From Candidatus Limnocylindrales bacterium (GTDB taxonomy: Bacteria > Chloroflexota > Limnocylindria > Limnocylindrales > CSP1-4): 64,000 nt of DNA. Below the pieces are notes generated by a model. That model had not been told where the DNA came from. It did no database searches and worked only from the letters and a program-made list of their open reading frames with translations. This document shows positions 52,064 to 62,289 of the stretch, piece by piece (positions within the stretch are counted from its first letter, which is position 1; every line of letters begins with the position of its first letter). The DNA lies in NCBI GenBank assembly GCA_035540555.1, contig DATLGJ010000020.1:58759-122758 (forward strand), in the 5' to 3' direction. The position numbers and the translations under genes were made by a program.

Positions 52064-53167
52064 ATGAGCCACAGTTCGGAGCATCTGCCGGAGGAGGAGC
52101 ATTCGCCGGAGGAGGAGCAGCCCGAGCAGCTGAGCGAGCGCGAGCAGCTCTCGCTCGCCCGGCGCCTGCGAGATCCGCGCACGATCGTCTCGATCGTCCT
52201 GCCGCTCCTTCTGCTCGGCCTGCTCGCGTCCCAGCTGCCAGGATTCCGCCTGGAAGAAGCGGCCCAGCGCATCGGCCAGGCCGATCCGTGGCTGTTGGTT
52301 GCCGCCTTCCTGGTCTACTACCTTGGCTTCCCGCTGCGTGGCTATCGGTGGCAGCTGCTGCTGAGGAGCGCCGGCACGCGTGTCGGGGTGCGCGACTCGA
52401 CCGAGATCATCTTCATCAGCTGGCTGGTCAACTGCCTGGTGCCGGCGAAGCTCGGTGATGTCTACCGCGCCTGGCTGCTGCGGGCCAACTTCCTGGTCTC
52501 GCTGAGCCGAACCTTCGGCACGGTATTCATCGAGCGCATCTTCGACCTGTTCGCGATCGCGATCCTTGGGCTCGCCGCCGGCTTCTGGTCGTTCCGAGCA
52601 GGCCTGCCGCCGGAGGTCCAGATCGTCATCGGCATAGGGCTGGCAGTGGTCATCGCGCTGAGCATCGGCCTCTACACGGTGCGCAGCTTCGGTCGGCGCT
52701 TCATCTTCCGCGCGCCGCTGCCCGCCAAGCAGCGGGTGCTGGAGTACTACGAACGCTTCGAGCAGGGGGTCTTCGCAGTTGGGCGACGGCAGGTGCCGTG
52801 GCTCGCGCTCATAACGGCTCTGATCTGGGCAACCGAGGCGATGCGCCTGCTACTCGTGATCCAGGCCCTTGGCTTTACCGACGTCCACCTCGGCATCAGC
52901 GGCGCCTTCTTCGTGGCGCTGGCCGCTTCGCTGCTGACGGCAATCCCATTCACGCCGGCCGGCCTGGGGGTGGTCGAGCTGGGCGTTGTGGGCATCCTCA
53001 CGATCATCTACGGCGTTGGTCTGGGGGATGCGGCGGCGATCACGGTGGTCGATCGCACGATCAGCGTGCTGTCGATCATCGCGCTGGGCAGCGTCGCCTA
53101 TCTCGCCTCGAGCAAGACCAGGGGCAGCCGTGAGCGACGCGAGGCCGACATCAGCCCGGCGACGTAG
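52064..53167 (+). CDS. Lysylphosphatidylglycerol synthase TM / flippase-like membrane protein
   Basis: RW..LL, PAKLGDVYR, ERIFDL, TPAGLGVVE. Confidence 0.85.
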   Translation: MSHSSEHLPEEEHSPEEEQPEQLSEREQLSLARRLRDPRTIVSIVLPLLLLGLLASQLPGFRLEEAAQRIGQADPWLLVAAFLVYYLGFPLRGYRWQLLLRSAGTRVGVRDSTEIIFISWLVNCLVPAKLGDVYRAWLLRANFLVSLSRTFGTVFIERIFDLFAIAILGLAAGFWSFRAGLPPEVQIVIGIGLAVVIALSIGLYTVRSFGRRFIFRAPLPAKQRVLEYYERFEQGVFAVGRRQVPWLALITALIWATEAMRLLLVIQALGFTDVHLGISGAFFVALAASLLTAIPFTPAGLGVVELGVVGILTIIYGVGLGDAAAITVVDRTISVLSIIALGSVAYLASSKTRGSRERREADISPAT

Positions 53168-53282
53168 CGCGCGGCGTCGCCAAGCGACCCACCATGGGGG
53201 CCACATAAAGATGCGATGCCGGTCCCCAGATAAACCGGCATCGCAGGGGGGCAGCTCGGTCAGCCGGCGGCGCCGGCGGATG

Positions 53283-53699
53283 TCAGCGACTGTGAGGCGT
53301 CGAGCCGTTGGCGGAGACGGGGCGGCGCATCCCCTCGCGGGCGGCAGCCAGCCTGCGCATCCGCAGCGCGAGGTAGTACTCCATGACCTGGCGGACCTGC
53401 GGCTCGCTGAGCAGGTCGTCCGCTCGGAGGGCGTATTCGACACGTGCAGTGGGATGGGTCACGGCGGAGCCCATCAGCCCGAAATACTGCGGCGCGTCCG
53501 ACTCGTCGCGAAGTTCGCGCAGCCCACGGGCCAGCTTCGATGCTGTGCCCAGTGACGGCGTGCGGTCACCGCGGACCAGCCGCGAGATGGTGGAATGATC
53601 TACGCCCGACTGCTGTGCCAGCTGGCGCTGCGACATCTTCTTTGCCTTCAGCTGGGTCCTCAACCATTCGTTGAAGGCCCGCCCATTCTGGACGCTCAT
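53283..53699 (-). CDS. Xre-family HTH regulator
   Basis: MSQRQLAQQSGVDHSTISRLVRGDRTPSL. Confidence 0.85.
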   Translation of the reverse strand: MSVQNGRAFNEWLRTQLKAKKMSQRQLAQQSGVDHSTISRLVRGDRTPSLGTASKLARGLRELRDESDAPQYFGLMGSAVTHPTARVEYALRADDLLSEPQVRQVMEYYLALRMRRLAAAREGMRRPVSANGSTPHSR

Positions 53700-53931
53700 G
53701 GGCTGATGTTTTCTCCGCTGGTGACGGTCGGCGGGGTCCCCTTTCCCCGGTCGCTGCTGGTGGCGACGTGCGCATGATCCGGTGCCCGCGGGCGCCACCG
53801 ATATAGGCCCTTGGTACGCCTGAGCCGGAACCGTCAGGTGCAGCGGTCGAGTGGTGTTGTGTGGACTCGGCTGGGGCAGGTGCGCGGTGCTGGCGAGCTC
53901 GCGCCCAAGCCACGGGCAGTCGGCCCGCCGC

Positions 53932-54921
53932 TCAGCTGGTTGCGCTGCCCGGCGGCGCGCTGCGAGAGCGTGAGCCGCGCACCTCGAAGGCCTCCGGCGG
54001 GAGGTCGGGCAATGGCTCGCCGGCGATCAGCAGCCGCACTCGGTCCATGTTGACCGCGTCGTACCCGAGATCCATGCCCGGAGTCTCCAGATAGGCGGGC
54101 AGCCGCCCCAGCCACGGATGCTCGAGCAACCGACGCAGAGCCCGCGGCCCGATCTGGCCTGCCCCAATGTGCTCGTGGCGGTCGACCCGGGACCCGCAAG
54201 CCGTGCGCGCATCATTGAGATGAAGCATCACGAGTCGGTCTCCGAGCAGCTCTCGAGCGCGATCCGCCAGGTCGTCGATCGCCTCCGGCGTATCGATGCG
54301 ATGCCCGGCTGCCCACAGATGGGCAGTGTCCAGGCACAACCCGACCCGATCCGAGGCACCACCCGCATGAGACGTCGCTTCCAGGATCTCGGCCATCTCC
54401 TCCAGAGTGCTGCCCAGGCCATCGCCGCTTCCGACCGAGTTCTCCAGTACTAGCATCGGGCTGGGTGAGCCGTCCGACAGCGAGCGGGGCAGATCTACCA
54501 GCACGCGGGACACGCCCTCGCCGAGACGCCGTATGCCCGCATCTCGGTCCAGCCCGCGGTGCGACCCGACGTGTATGTTCATGAAGCGCGCCCCGTAGGC
54601 GGCCGCCAGCCGCATGTCGGTGACCAACGTCGCGATCGAGCGCTGCCAGAACGTGTCGTCGCCACCGGCCAGGTTGACCAGGTAGGGACCATGCACCGCG
54701 AGAGGCCCAATTCCAGAACGCGTCAGTGCCCGCCGAAATTCCTGAAGCTTGGGCGGGGCGTCGGCACGTCGTCGCCATGCGGTCGGGTTATCGGTGAAGA
54801 CCTGGACGGTTGCCGCCCCGAGCTCAGCTGCGCGTTGCGCTGCCCTGGCGAGGCCTTGTCCGAGCGGCAGGTGCGGGCCGATCAGCCGGCCACCCAGGGC
54901 TCGACGGGCTTCGCTGGTCAT
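53932..54921 (-). CDS. nfo: Endonuclease IV
   Basis: HGPYLVNL, CLDTAH, HLND, DRHEHIG, LETP. Confidence 0.92.
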   Translation of the reverse strand: MTSEARRALGGRLIGPHLPLGQGLARAAQRAAELGAATVQVFTDNPTAWRRRADAPPKLQEFRRALTRSGIGPLAVHGPYLVNLAGGDDTFWQRSIATLVTDMRLAAAYGARFMNIHVGSHRGLDRDAGIRRLGEGVSRVLVDLPRSLSDGSPSPMLVLENSVGSGDGLGSTLEEMAEILEATSHAGGASDRVGLCLDTAHLWAAGHRIDTPEAIDDLADRARELLGDRLVMLHLNDARTACGSRVDRHEHIGAGQIGPRALRRLLEHPWLGRLPAYLETPGMDLGYDAVNMDRVRLLIAGEPLPDLPPEAFEVRGSRSRSAPPGSATS

Positions 54922-54948
54922 CAACTCGATGGTAGCGCCGGACCGGCG

Positions 54949-54964
54949 TTTGACGGTCGTCAAA
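54949..54964. promoter_or_regulatory. Palindromic operator overlapping a -35 box
   Basis: TTTGACG-gt-CGTCAAA; TTGACG-18 nt-TATGGT upstream of the ArsR gene. Confidence 0.6.
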
Positions 54965-54988
54965 TCGGAAGCCTATGGTTGCAGCGCT

Positions 54989-55579
54989 GTGAATGAGGAC
55001 CTGCTGACGTCGATGAAGGCACTTTCGGACGCTTCGCGCCTGCGCATCGTGGGGCTGCTTGCCGGCGGTCGCGCGATGTCCGTGGCCGACCTCGCGGAGA
55101 ACCTGCGCTTGACGCCGGGTACGGTGGTCCACCATCTGAAGCGTCTGTCCGAGGCCCGGCTTGTCGAGTCTCGGCCGAGGGCACCCTACGTCGATTACTC
55201 GCTGCGGCTCGAACGACTCGCCCAGATCGGCGCCCAGCTGCATACGCTGTCACGCAGCCAAGATCCCGTCATAGACGGCTCCATGGACGCTCCCGAATGG
55301 GCCTCCCCTGACCAGGCGCGCGTGCTGCGCAGCTTCATGAAAGAAGGCCGATTGACTGGTATCCCGGCCCAGCACGGCAAACGACTGGTGGTCCTTCGCC
55401 ACGTGGCCGAGATGACTTTCGAGCCCGGTGTCGAGTACCCGGAGAAGGAAGTGAATCAGCGCCTGGCGCTGCTTCACCCGGACACAGCCTCGTTCCGCCG
55501 CTACCTGGTTGATGAGGGCTTCATGTCGCGTGAGAGAGGCCTGTATACGCTGCTGCCCAGAAGGAACTGGCCGCTCTAG
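54989..55579 (+). CDS. ArsR-family regulator with DUF2087 domain
   Basis: KALSDASRLRI...HHLKRL; IPAQHGKR, YPEKEVN, DTASFRRYLVD. Confidence 0.85.
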   Translation: MNEDLLTSMKALSDASRLRIVGLLAGGRAMSVADLAENLRLTPGTVVHHLKRLSEARLVESRPRAPYVDYSLRLERLAQIGAQLHTLSRSQDPVIDGSMDAPEWASPDQARVLRSFMKEGRLTGIPAQHGKRLVVLRHVAEMTFEPGVEYPEKEVNQRLALLHPDTASFRRYLVDEGFMSRERGLYTLLPRRNWPL

Positions 55580-56229
55580 CGCTCTCTCGCCAGGGCCAGC
55601 GCCGACACTGCGGCCACCCCGGCTCCGTACAGGGCGGCTGCGCAACCGACCAAGGTGGAGCCGGTTGTCGAGACATCGTCGATGAGCACGATCCACCTGC
55701 CGGCAATCTGGGTGAGGTACTGCTCTCGGACGTCGAATACCCGGCCGACGTTCGCCTGGCGGGCTGAGCGGCTCAGGCCGTGCTGGGCGGCGGTACGCTC
55801 GGTGCGCCGAAGCGCTGACACCACCGGCAGGCCCAGCTGACGACCCACTTCGCGCGCCAGCAGCTCCGCTTGGTCGAAGCCACGCTCCCGCTGCCGCGCA
55901 GCGTGAACCGGGACCGGCACAAGGACCTCCCCGCCGACTCCTGCCCGCCGCCACCGCGCTGCCATCAGCTGCCCGAGCGGACCCGCGAGTCGCTGCTCGC
56001 CGTCGTACTTGAGCGCGTGCAGGCTGCTGCGGGCGGGGCCCGCATAGGGGCCGCACCACTCTATCTGCACGATGCCGGCCGGCTGGGCCGACTGGAGCCC
56101 GATCGGCACGCCCGGCGGCTCGTTCATGCGCCGCCCCATGCTGCGCAGGCAGGCGGTACACAGCAGCTGGCCTTCCAGGCCGCAGCCGGGGCACTGGGGG
56201 GGCATCAGCACGTCGAGGAGGCGCCGCAT
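55576..56229 (-). CDS. comF: ComF family competence protein
   Basis: CPGC..CTAC, RGFDQA, LIDDVSTTGST. Confidence 0.9.
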   Translation of the reverse strand: MRRLLDVLMPPQCPGCGLEGQLLCTACLRSMGRRMNEPPGVPIGLQSAQPAGIVQIEWCGPYAGPARSSLHALKYDGEQRLAGPLGQLMAARWRRAGVGGEVLVPVPVHAARQRERGFDQAELLAREVGRQLGLPVVSALRRTERTAAQHGLSRSARQANVGRVFDVREQYLTQIAGRWIVLIDDVSTTGSTLVGCAAALYGAGVAAVSALALARER

Positions 56230-56399
56230 TGGGCGGATGATGGCGAAATCCGCTTAGCCTGCAGTTGCACCCGGTGAGTACACATATGCCCCCGCCCCAT
56301 TTGCCTTGGGCTGAGCCAGACCGTCCCCGGCTGGCGGCCGCCGCGGCCGCCCTCAACCGCCCTTGGGGGCGCCGTTCCGGTGGGCCATCGAACTTTGGA

Positions 56400-56771
56400 T
56401 CACGGCCAAGGGCTGATGCGCAGGAGATCGCCTACGCGAACGCCGCGTTCCCGGACCGAGCTCGCAGGCAGCTCGATGGCGCCCTGTGCGCCGGCGACGC
56501 GGACGACGAGACCTGTCCACGGCCGCAGGTGCTCGCGAATGTCGACGACCTGAAGCGCGCCGGTGCCATCTGGGCGCGTAACGAACAGGCAGTCGATCGG
56601 AAATCTCATGAACAGCATGTGGATCCCGGTATCGCCCGGCAGGTACAGCCCCTCGTCATCGTCCAACCGGGCCCTGCCCATCAGGCCGCGGAGTCGGGCG
56701 GTGAAAGTGCGCGCCACCACGACGCGGCCGAAGAGCACCTCGCCCCCTGCGTTCGACAGGGCTACATGCAC
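56400..56771 (-). CDS. DUF192 family protein
   Basis: RLRGLMGR, IHMLFMRFPID, IELPA. Confidence 0.85.
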   Translation of the reverse strand: MHVALSNAGGEVLFGRVVVARTFTARLRGLMGRARLDDDEGLYLPGDTGIHMLFMRFPIDCLFVTRPDGTGALQVVDIREHLRPWTGLVVRVAGAQGAIELPASSVRERGVRVGDLLRISPWP

Positions 56772-56780
56772 CGTCCTGAG

Positions 56781-57704
56781 CTACCGGCCCGCGGGCATCT
56801 CGGTCATGATCAGGATCATCGGCGGGCCCAGGAGGACGATGAAGAGCGACGGGAAGATGCATCCAACGAGCGGGAAGAGCATCTTGATCGGCGCCTTGTT
56901 AGCCATCTCCTCGGCGCGTTGACGACGTTCGATGCGCAGCTGCTCGGACTGGACCTGAAGCACCTTGCTGATCGACACGCCCAGTTGCTCAGCCTGGATG
57001 ATCGCGCCGATGAAGTTGCTCAGCGCGGGTACGTCAGCTCGCTCCGCCAGATCCCGCAGCGCATCCCGCCGCGCGCGACCAACGCGAACCTCCGCAAGCA
57101 CGCGTTGGAACTCGTCCGACAGCGGGCCTCGGAGCTTCTCCACCACCTTGGCCAGAGCTCCGTCGAAAGAGAGACCGGCCCGCACGGAGATCGTCAGCAG
57201 GTCGAGCGTGTCGGGAACGGCCAGCAGGATCCGCTTCTGGCGCTGTCGGATGCGACGGGATAGCCACATCTCTGGGGCTACGAAGCCAAGCAAACCCGCG
57301 ACGAAGCCGATCGGCAGCGACCTCAGCCCGCCGCCCAAGAGCATGAGCGCAGCGACGGCCACTCCTGCCACGACGACCATCGCCAGCAGCTTGAGGGCAA
57401 CGAAATCCACCGCGCGCAGGCCGGCCGGGTTACCGGCCATCAGCAGGCGCCGATCCGTGCGACTCACTCGCTTCGGGCTCGCGATGCGCCTGGCAAATCC
57501 GGTGAGCCGACGAAGCAGCGGCCGTACAGTTCGGTCGAAGAGCGGCTCATCCAGCTCGATCTCCTCGAGCGAGCGAGTCTTCATCGCCCCGAGCTGCACA
57601 AGCCGAGCCTGCACAGGATCGACTGAGGCAGCTCCGAACAGCGCGTATGCGATCAACAGGACCCCGAGGCCGGCCAAGCCTGCCAGGAGTAGCGTCAGCT
57701 CCAT
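56781..57704 (-). CDS. tadC: Tad pilus assembly protein TadC (T2SS F family)
   Basis: PDTLDLL..AGLSFD, QAEQLG, KMLFPLVGCIFP. Confidence 0.9.
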   Translation of the reverse strand: MELTLLLAGLAGLGVLLIAYALFGAASVDPVQARLVQLGAMKTRSLEEIELDEPLFDRTVRPLLRRLTGFARRIASPKRVSRTDRRLLMAGNPAGLRAVDFVALKLLAMVVVAGVAVAALMLLGGGLRSLPIGFVAGLLGFVAPEMWLSRRIRQRQKRILLAVPDTLDLLTISVRAGLSFDGALAKVVEKLRGPLSDEFQRVLAEVRVGRARRDALRDLAERADVPALSNFIGAIIQAEQLGVSISKVLQVQSEQLRIERRQRAEEMANKAPIKMLFPLVGCIFPSLFIVLLGPPMILIMTEMPAGR

Positions 57705-57707
57705 GCC

Positions 57708-58718
57708 CTAGATCTCGATGTCGACGATGCGGCGGATGAGCAGGAAGCCGACCATCATGCTGAATACCCCGGCCGCCAGAAACGCCACGCCCAATGGCGC
57801 ACCGAGAAAGGCCGGGGGATTCCGGAACATCGGCTCCATGAAAGTGGGAGAGACGAGGCTGATGATGATCACCAGACCGACCGGCAGGCCGCCGACGACG
57901 TACCCGGATATTCGCTGCTGAGCCGTCAGGCTGCGGATCTCGCCCTTGATACGTACTCGCTCTCGGATCGTGAACGCGATGGCGTCGAGAATTTCCGCCA
58001 GATTTCCACCAACCTGATATTGGATGGTGATGGCGGTGGCCATCAGGTCCAGGTCCTCCGACTTGACGCGCCGCGTCATGTTGACCAGCGCCTGCTCCAG
58101 ATCGAGGCCGAGGTTCACCTCGCGGACGACTCGCCCGAACTCGGTCGAGATCGGTGGACGTGTTTCTCGCACGACCATTTCCACAGCCTGGAGGAACGAG
58201 GATCCTGCGCGCAGAGAGTTCGCCAGCAGGGTGATCGTGTCTGCCAGGCCGGAGTTGAAGGCTTTCAGTCGCTGCGCCTGTCGCCGGCGGATCCAGAAGC
58301 GAGGCGCGAAAAACCCAACGGCGACACCGATGAGCCAGAAGATCGGGTTGGCGAACGCAGTCACGAACGGACTGAGGACGAATACGAGCAGTGGCGTCGC
58401 GACAACGGCACCGAGTCTCAGGGCCAGATACTCGCTCGGCTTGAGCGTCAGATCTGCCCTCGCGAGCTCGCGAGCCATGTTGGCAGCCCAGTTCTGCTCA
58501 TCGACCGCCTTGTTGAGATTGGCGACGGCACTTGAGGACGCGAGCGCTTCACCGAACGACTGGCGCGACGCCTTGTGACTGTGCTGTTCGGGCTGAGCTG
58601 CGGCGTAACGCTGGAGCCGCTGACTGACCGATGAGCCGCCAAGCAGCCCAGCGAATATCAGCAGCACGGAAAGGCCGGCGAGCGCGGCCAATCCCAGCAC
58701 AATGAGCTCTTGGGGCAT
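57708..58718 (-). CDS. tadB: Tad pilus assembly protein TadB
   Basis: LANSLRAG, VGGNLAEIL, IRSLTAQ. Confidence 0.9.
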   Translation of the reverse strand: MPQELIVLGLAALAGLSVLLIFAGLLGGSSVSQRLQRYAAAQPEQHSHKASRQSFGEALASSSAVANLNKAVDEQNWAANMARELARADLTLKPSEYLALRLGAVVATPLLVFVLSPFVTAFANPIFWLIGVAVGFFAPRFWIRRRQAQRLKAFNSGLADTITLLANSLRAGSSFLQAVEMVVRETRPPISTEFGRVVREVNLGLDLEQALVNMTRRVKSEDLDLMATAITIQYQVGGNLAEILDAIAFTIRERVRIKGEIRSLTAQQRISGYVVGGLPVGLVIIISLVSPTFMEPMFRNPPAFLGAPLGVAFLAAGVFSMMVGFLLIRRIVDIEI

Positions 58719-58719
58719 G

Positions 58720-60180
58720 TCAGAAGTTCGAGCCGAAGAGGTTCGGCGGCAGATGGATCCCGAGAGCCTGGAACTTCTCTGAGAAGCGCGGCCTCACGCC
58801 GGTCGGCCTCAGGCGTCCCTGAACCTTGCCGTCGGAGACCCCCGTCTGCTCATAGATGAAGACGTCCTGCATGACGATGACGTCCCCCTCCATGCCCTGC
58901 ACCTCGGTGATGTTGGTGATCTTCCGCTGCCCGTCACGCAGGCGCTCCTGGTGGACGATCAGGTCCACCGCTGAAGCGATCTGCTCGCGGATGGCACGCA
59001 GTGGAAGCTCGACGCCAGCCATCAGGACCATCGTCTCGAGGCGGGACAGCATGTCGCGCGGCGAATTCGCGTGGCCGGTGGACATCGAGCCATCGTGGCC
59101 CGTGTTCATGGCCTGCAGCATGTCGAGCGCCTCGCCGCTGCGGCACTCACCGACGATGATCCGGTCGGGGCGCATGCGGAGGGCGTTGCGTACCAGCTCA
59201 CGGATCGGGATCGCGCCCTTCCCCTCGATGTTGGGCGGGCGTGACTCGAGCGTCACGACGTGCTCCTGGCGTAGCTGCAACTCGGCGGCGTCCTCGATCG
59301 TGACAATGCGCTCGTCGTTCGGGATGTACGAAGAGAGGACGTTGAGCATCGTCGTCTTGCCCGAGCCCGTACCGCCGGAGACAAAGACGTTGAGGCGTGC
59401 CTCGACGCAGGCCCTGAGGAAGTCAAACATCTCGGGGGTTGCAGTGCCGAACCGAATCAGGTCTTCGGTCGTAAGCGGCGAAGCGGCAAATTTGCGGACG
59501 GTGAGAACCGGACCGACCAGGCTGAGCGGTGGGATGATCGCGTTCACGCGCGACCCGTCGACAAGACGGGCGTCGACCATCGGGCTCGATTCGTCGATCC
59601 GCCGGCCAATCGGGCTGATGATCCGATCGATGATGCGCATGACGTGCTCGTCGTTCTGGAAGGTGACGTTGGTCAGCTCCAGGCGGCCGCCGCGCTCGAT
59701 GTAGACCTGGCGCGCGCCATTGACCATCACCTCTGTGATGCTCTCGTCGCGCAGCAGCGGCTCCAGCGGACCGAGGCCTACGATCTCGTCAACGATCTGC
59801 TCGAGCATCCGCGCGCGCTCGGCGCGAGTCAGCGCGAGGCCCTCGTCGTCCAGGGCGCGGTTGAAGATCTCCTCGATCTCGCGCCGCACCTCGATCTGGT
59901 TGGCCAGATCGAGCTTGGGGTTCATCTCGTTGATGACGCGCTGCTGGATGCGAAGCTTGGCGTCGCGGAAGTTCTCCCGCAACGGCACCTGGCTGAGCAT
60001 TCGGGGCGACGCAGTCGGGGGCTTGGCCCCCTCCGGCCCGCGCGGAATGGCCGATGGCGCAACCGCCGGCAGTCCGGGATTGGCAGCCGGAGGCGGTGCG
60101 ATGGGCGCGCCCTCCTGGCCCATCGGCGCTGGCCCCTCGGTCGCCGGCCGGGCACTCTCGATCCTTCTAAGGAGCGACAT
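58720..60180 (-). CDS. cpaF: Tad pilus ATPase CpaF/TadA
   Basis: GGTGSGKTT, LRMRPDRIIVGE, AMNTGHDG. Confidence 0.95.
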   Translation of the reverse strand: MSLLRRIESARPATEGPAPMGQEGAPIAPPPAANPGLPAVAPSAIPRGPEGAKPPTASPRMLSQVPLRENFRDAKLRIQQRVINEMNPKLDLANQIEVRREIEEIFNRALDDEGLALTRAERARMLEQIVDEIVGLGPLEPLLRDESITEVMVNGARQVYIERGGRLELTNVTFQNDEHVMRIIDRIISPIGRRIDESSPMVDARLVDGSRVNAIIPPLSLVGPVLTVRKFAASPLTTEDLIRFGTATPEMFDFLRACVEARLNVFVSGGTGSGKTTMLNVLSSYIPNDERIVTIEDAAELQLRQEHVVTLESRPPNIEGKGAIPIRELVRNALRMRPDRIIVGECRSGEALDMLQAMNTGHDGSMSTGHANSPRDMLSRLETMVLMAGVELPLRAIREQIASAVDLIVHQERLRDGQRKITNITEVQGMEGDVIVMQDVFIYEQTGVSDGKVQGRLRPTGVRPRFSEKFQALGIHLPPNLFGSNF

Positions 60181-60229
60181 CAGGCGTTCCCCTCCTGTTG
60201 GTTAAGACGAAGTGTACCGGTGCATGCAA

Positions 60230-61477
60230 TCAACGCCATGCGAGTAGCGACCTCCGCGCGGCCGGCGCCTTTTCGGTGGCCGTCGGAGCGACCTTGGCGG
60301 ACGGCGCGACGAGGGCTCTGGCCATGCGCATGACGTCCTGGCTGACCTTCGCCTGGGGGGTGGCCAGGACGAACGGGGTGCCTCGATTGAGGGCCGTCAC
60401 CACCGTGCGCCCGTCTGAGACGACCGTGTGCTCGATCCGCCTCCCAATCGAGCGCTCGACGTCCTGCTGGCGGATGCCGTAGGAGGCATCCGCGCGGTTG
60501 AGCAGCAGCTGCACCTTGTCGCCCGAGTAGCCCAGCTGCTCGACGACAGCCAGGAACTGACGGCAGTTCTTGATGCTCGTGATCTCGAGCGTGAGCATGG
60601 CCAGGACCACGTCGGCCTGATCGAGGAATGCCAGCGTGGTGTCGTGCAGCCAGGGCCACGCATCAATGACCACCAGGTCATGGGTGCGGCGCAGCGCTGC
60701 GGCGATCTTCTCGACCTGGTCCGCTGTCACGAGCTCTGCCATCTCGGGGCTCGGCGGGGCCATGAGGATGTCGAAGCCGGCGACGTGGCTGACCAGGCTG
60801 CCTTCCAGGGGGTCGCTCTCGCCGTTGCCCACCGCCCGCGCCACATCGGCAATCGACTTGTTCTTGGGATCGAGATTGAGCATCATCGCGACGTCGCCGA
60901 ACTGCAGGCTGCCGTCGACCAGCACCACCTTCTGCTCGAGGGCCGCCGCAGCCGCCGCCAGGTTCACTGCCACGGTGGTCCTGCCCACCCCGCCCTTGGC
61001 CGCAAACACGGTGATGATCCGCCCGGCCCGGTTCTCCTCGGCGCCGTCAGACTGACTCGGCGGTGCCTCGCTGCTGACGGCAAAGCGGCTGAGCTTATCG
61101 CGCTCACGCGCGACCACCTGGCGGATGGAGGCCACCAGCTCATCGGAGCTGAAGGGCTTGACGAGGAACTCGCGCGCGCCTGCCAGCATGGATCGGCGCA
61201 GATAGTCTGCCTCGCCCTGAACGCTCATCATGATGACCGCGGTGGTCGGCGCGCGTGCAGTGAGCTGCTCGGCGGTGACGATGCCGTCCATCTCGGGCAT
61301 GTTGATGTCCAGCAGGAGCGCGTCTGGCCGCAGCTCCTCGGCCATGTCCAGCGCCTCTGGTCCCGATCCAGCCGCGCCCACAACCCGTATGTCTGGCTCG
61401 AAGCTGAGTAGCTTGGCCAGGTGCTCGCGGGTCTCTGGGATGTCGTCGACGATCAGGACGCCGATCGGCTCAGCCAT
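60230..61477 (-). CDS. cpaE: CpaE/TadZ receiver-domain plus MinD-like ATPase
   Basis: N-terminal REC (LLDINMP), KGGVGRTT, LQFGD. Confidence 0.88.
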   Translation of the reverse strand: MAEPIGVLIVDDIPETREHLAKLLSFEPDIRVVGAAGSGPEALDMAEELRPDALLLDINMPEMDGIVTAEQLTARAPTTAVIMMSVQGEADYLRRSMLAGAREFLVKPFSSDELVASIRQVVARERDKLSRFAVSSEAPPSQSDGAEENRAGRIITVFAAKGGVGRTTVAVNLAAAAAALEQKVVLVDGSLQFGDVAMMLNLDPKNKSIADVARAVGNGESDPLEGSLVSHVAGFDILMAPPSPEMAELVTADQVEKIAAALRRTHDLVVIDAWPWLHDTTLAFLDQADVVLAMLTLEITSIKNCRQFLAVVEQLGYSGDKVQLLLNRADASYGIRQQDVERSIGRRIEHTVVSDGRTVVTALNRGTPFVLATPQAKVSQDVMRMARALVAPSAKVAPTATEKAPAARRSLLAWR

Positions 61478-61629
61478 GGTTGGTTGCTCCTCGGCGGTGA
61501 AGGCGCTTCAAGGCGGGCTCCGGACTGTGACAGCTGTCAGCGAACTGGGGCCCGGGCAGGCGCCCGGACCGACTGTTCGAATTCGACCAGGACCGGCACG
61601 GCGCTGGTCGCCACTCCGCAAATGAGTGA

Positions 61630-61666
61630 AGCGGTACCGATCCGAGGAGGATGGATCGGTACCGCT
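61630..61666. repeat. Perfect 14-bp inverted repeat
   Basis: AGCGGTACCGATCC-9 nt-GGATCGGTACCGCT between the pilin and cpaE. Confidence 0.6.
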
Positions 61667-61778
61667 CCGCTGCCAGAGGAGTGGGCCCCTCTCACCACGC
61701 CGGCGAACCGGTCTGTTGCTAGGCTGCACCGGCGGCGCGGAGCTGGGTATGACCCACTCGTACCAGCGGGTCCGGCGA

Positions 61779-61982
61779 TCAGTTGATGGTGTCGGCGATG
61801 GTGGAGAGGATGTCGCTCAGCTGGGTACCGAAGAAGCTCAGTGCGACGAGTGCCACGACGACGATCAGCCCGACGATCAGGACGTACTCCGCCAACGCCT
61901 GGCCGCGAGTCAGCTCGGACTCGGGGGTACCACTGTGCGGCTCGGCTGCGGGCATGGCCCCGATGCTAGCAGCGAGCGTCAC
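61779..61982 (-). CDS. flp: Flp family type IVb pilin
   Basis: RGQALAEYVLI plus hydrophobic helix; start may be the ATG at 61955. Confidence 0.8.
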   Translation of the reverse strand: MTLAASIGAMPAAEPHSGTPESELTRGQALAEYVLIVGLIVVVALVALSFFGTQLSDILSTIADTIN

Positions 61983-61991
61983 CTGCTGCGG

Positions 61992-62024
61992 AAAGAGAAA
62001 CGCCGGCCCGCGGGCCGGCGTTTC
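61992..62024 (-). terminator. Intrinsic terminator after the first pilin
   Basis: GAAACGCCGGCCC/GGGCCGGCGTTTC stem followed by TCTTT on the minus strand. Confidence 0.65.
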
Positions 62025-62039
62025 GTACTTGCGCCGCGA

Positions 62040-62201
62040 CTAGATCGCCTCGGCGACCTCCGACATGATCGAGTCGATCTGTTCGCCAAGGAACGTCACC
62101 GCGAGGATGACGGCCACTGCGATGAGCGCCAGAATCAGCGCGTATTCGGCCAGACCCTGGCCTCGTTCGTCGCGCGCCAGCAGGCGCTGGAAGCTGATCA
62201 T
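62040..62201 (-). CDS. flp: Flp family type IVb pilin (53 aa, not in ORF track)
   Basis: Hand translation MISFQRLLARDERGQGLAEYALILALIAVAVILAVTFLG...; purine-rich RBS. Confidence 0.88.
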   Translation of the reverse strand: MISFQRLLARDERGQGLAEYALILALIAVAVILAVTFLGEQIDSIMSEVAEAI

Positions 62202-62289
62202 TCCCTCTTATCCTCCGACTGCGTTTCGCCCCGGCGTGACGGGATCCGATGCAACGCTACGGTGCCCCCGGGTGCCGTGAAATGGGAAA

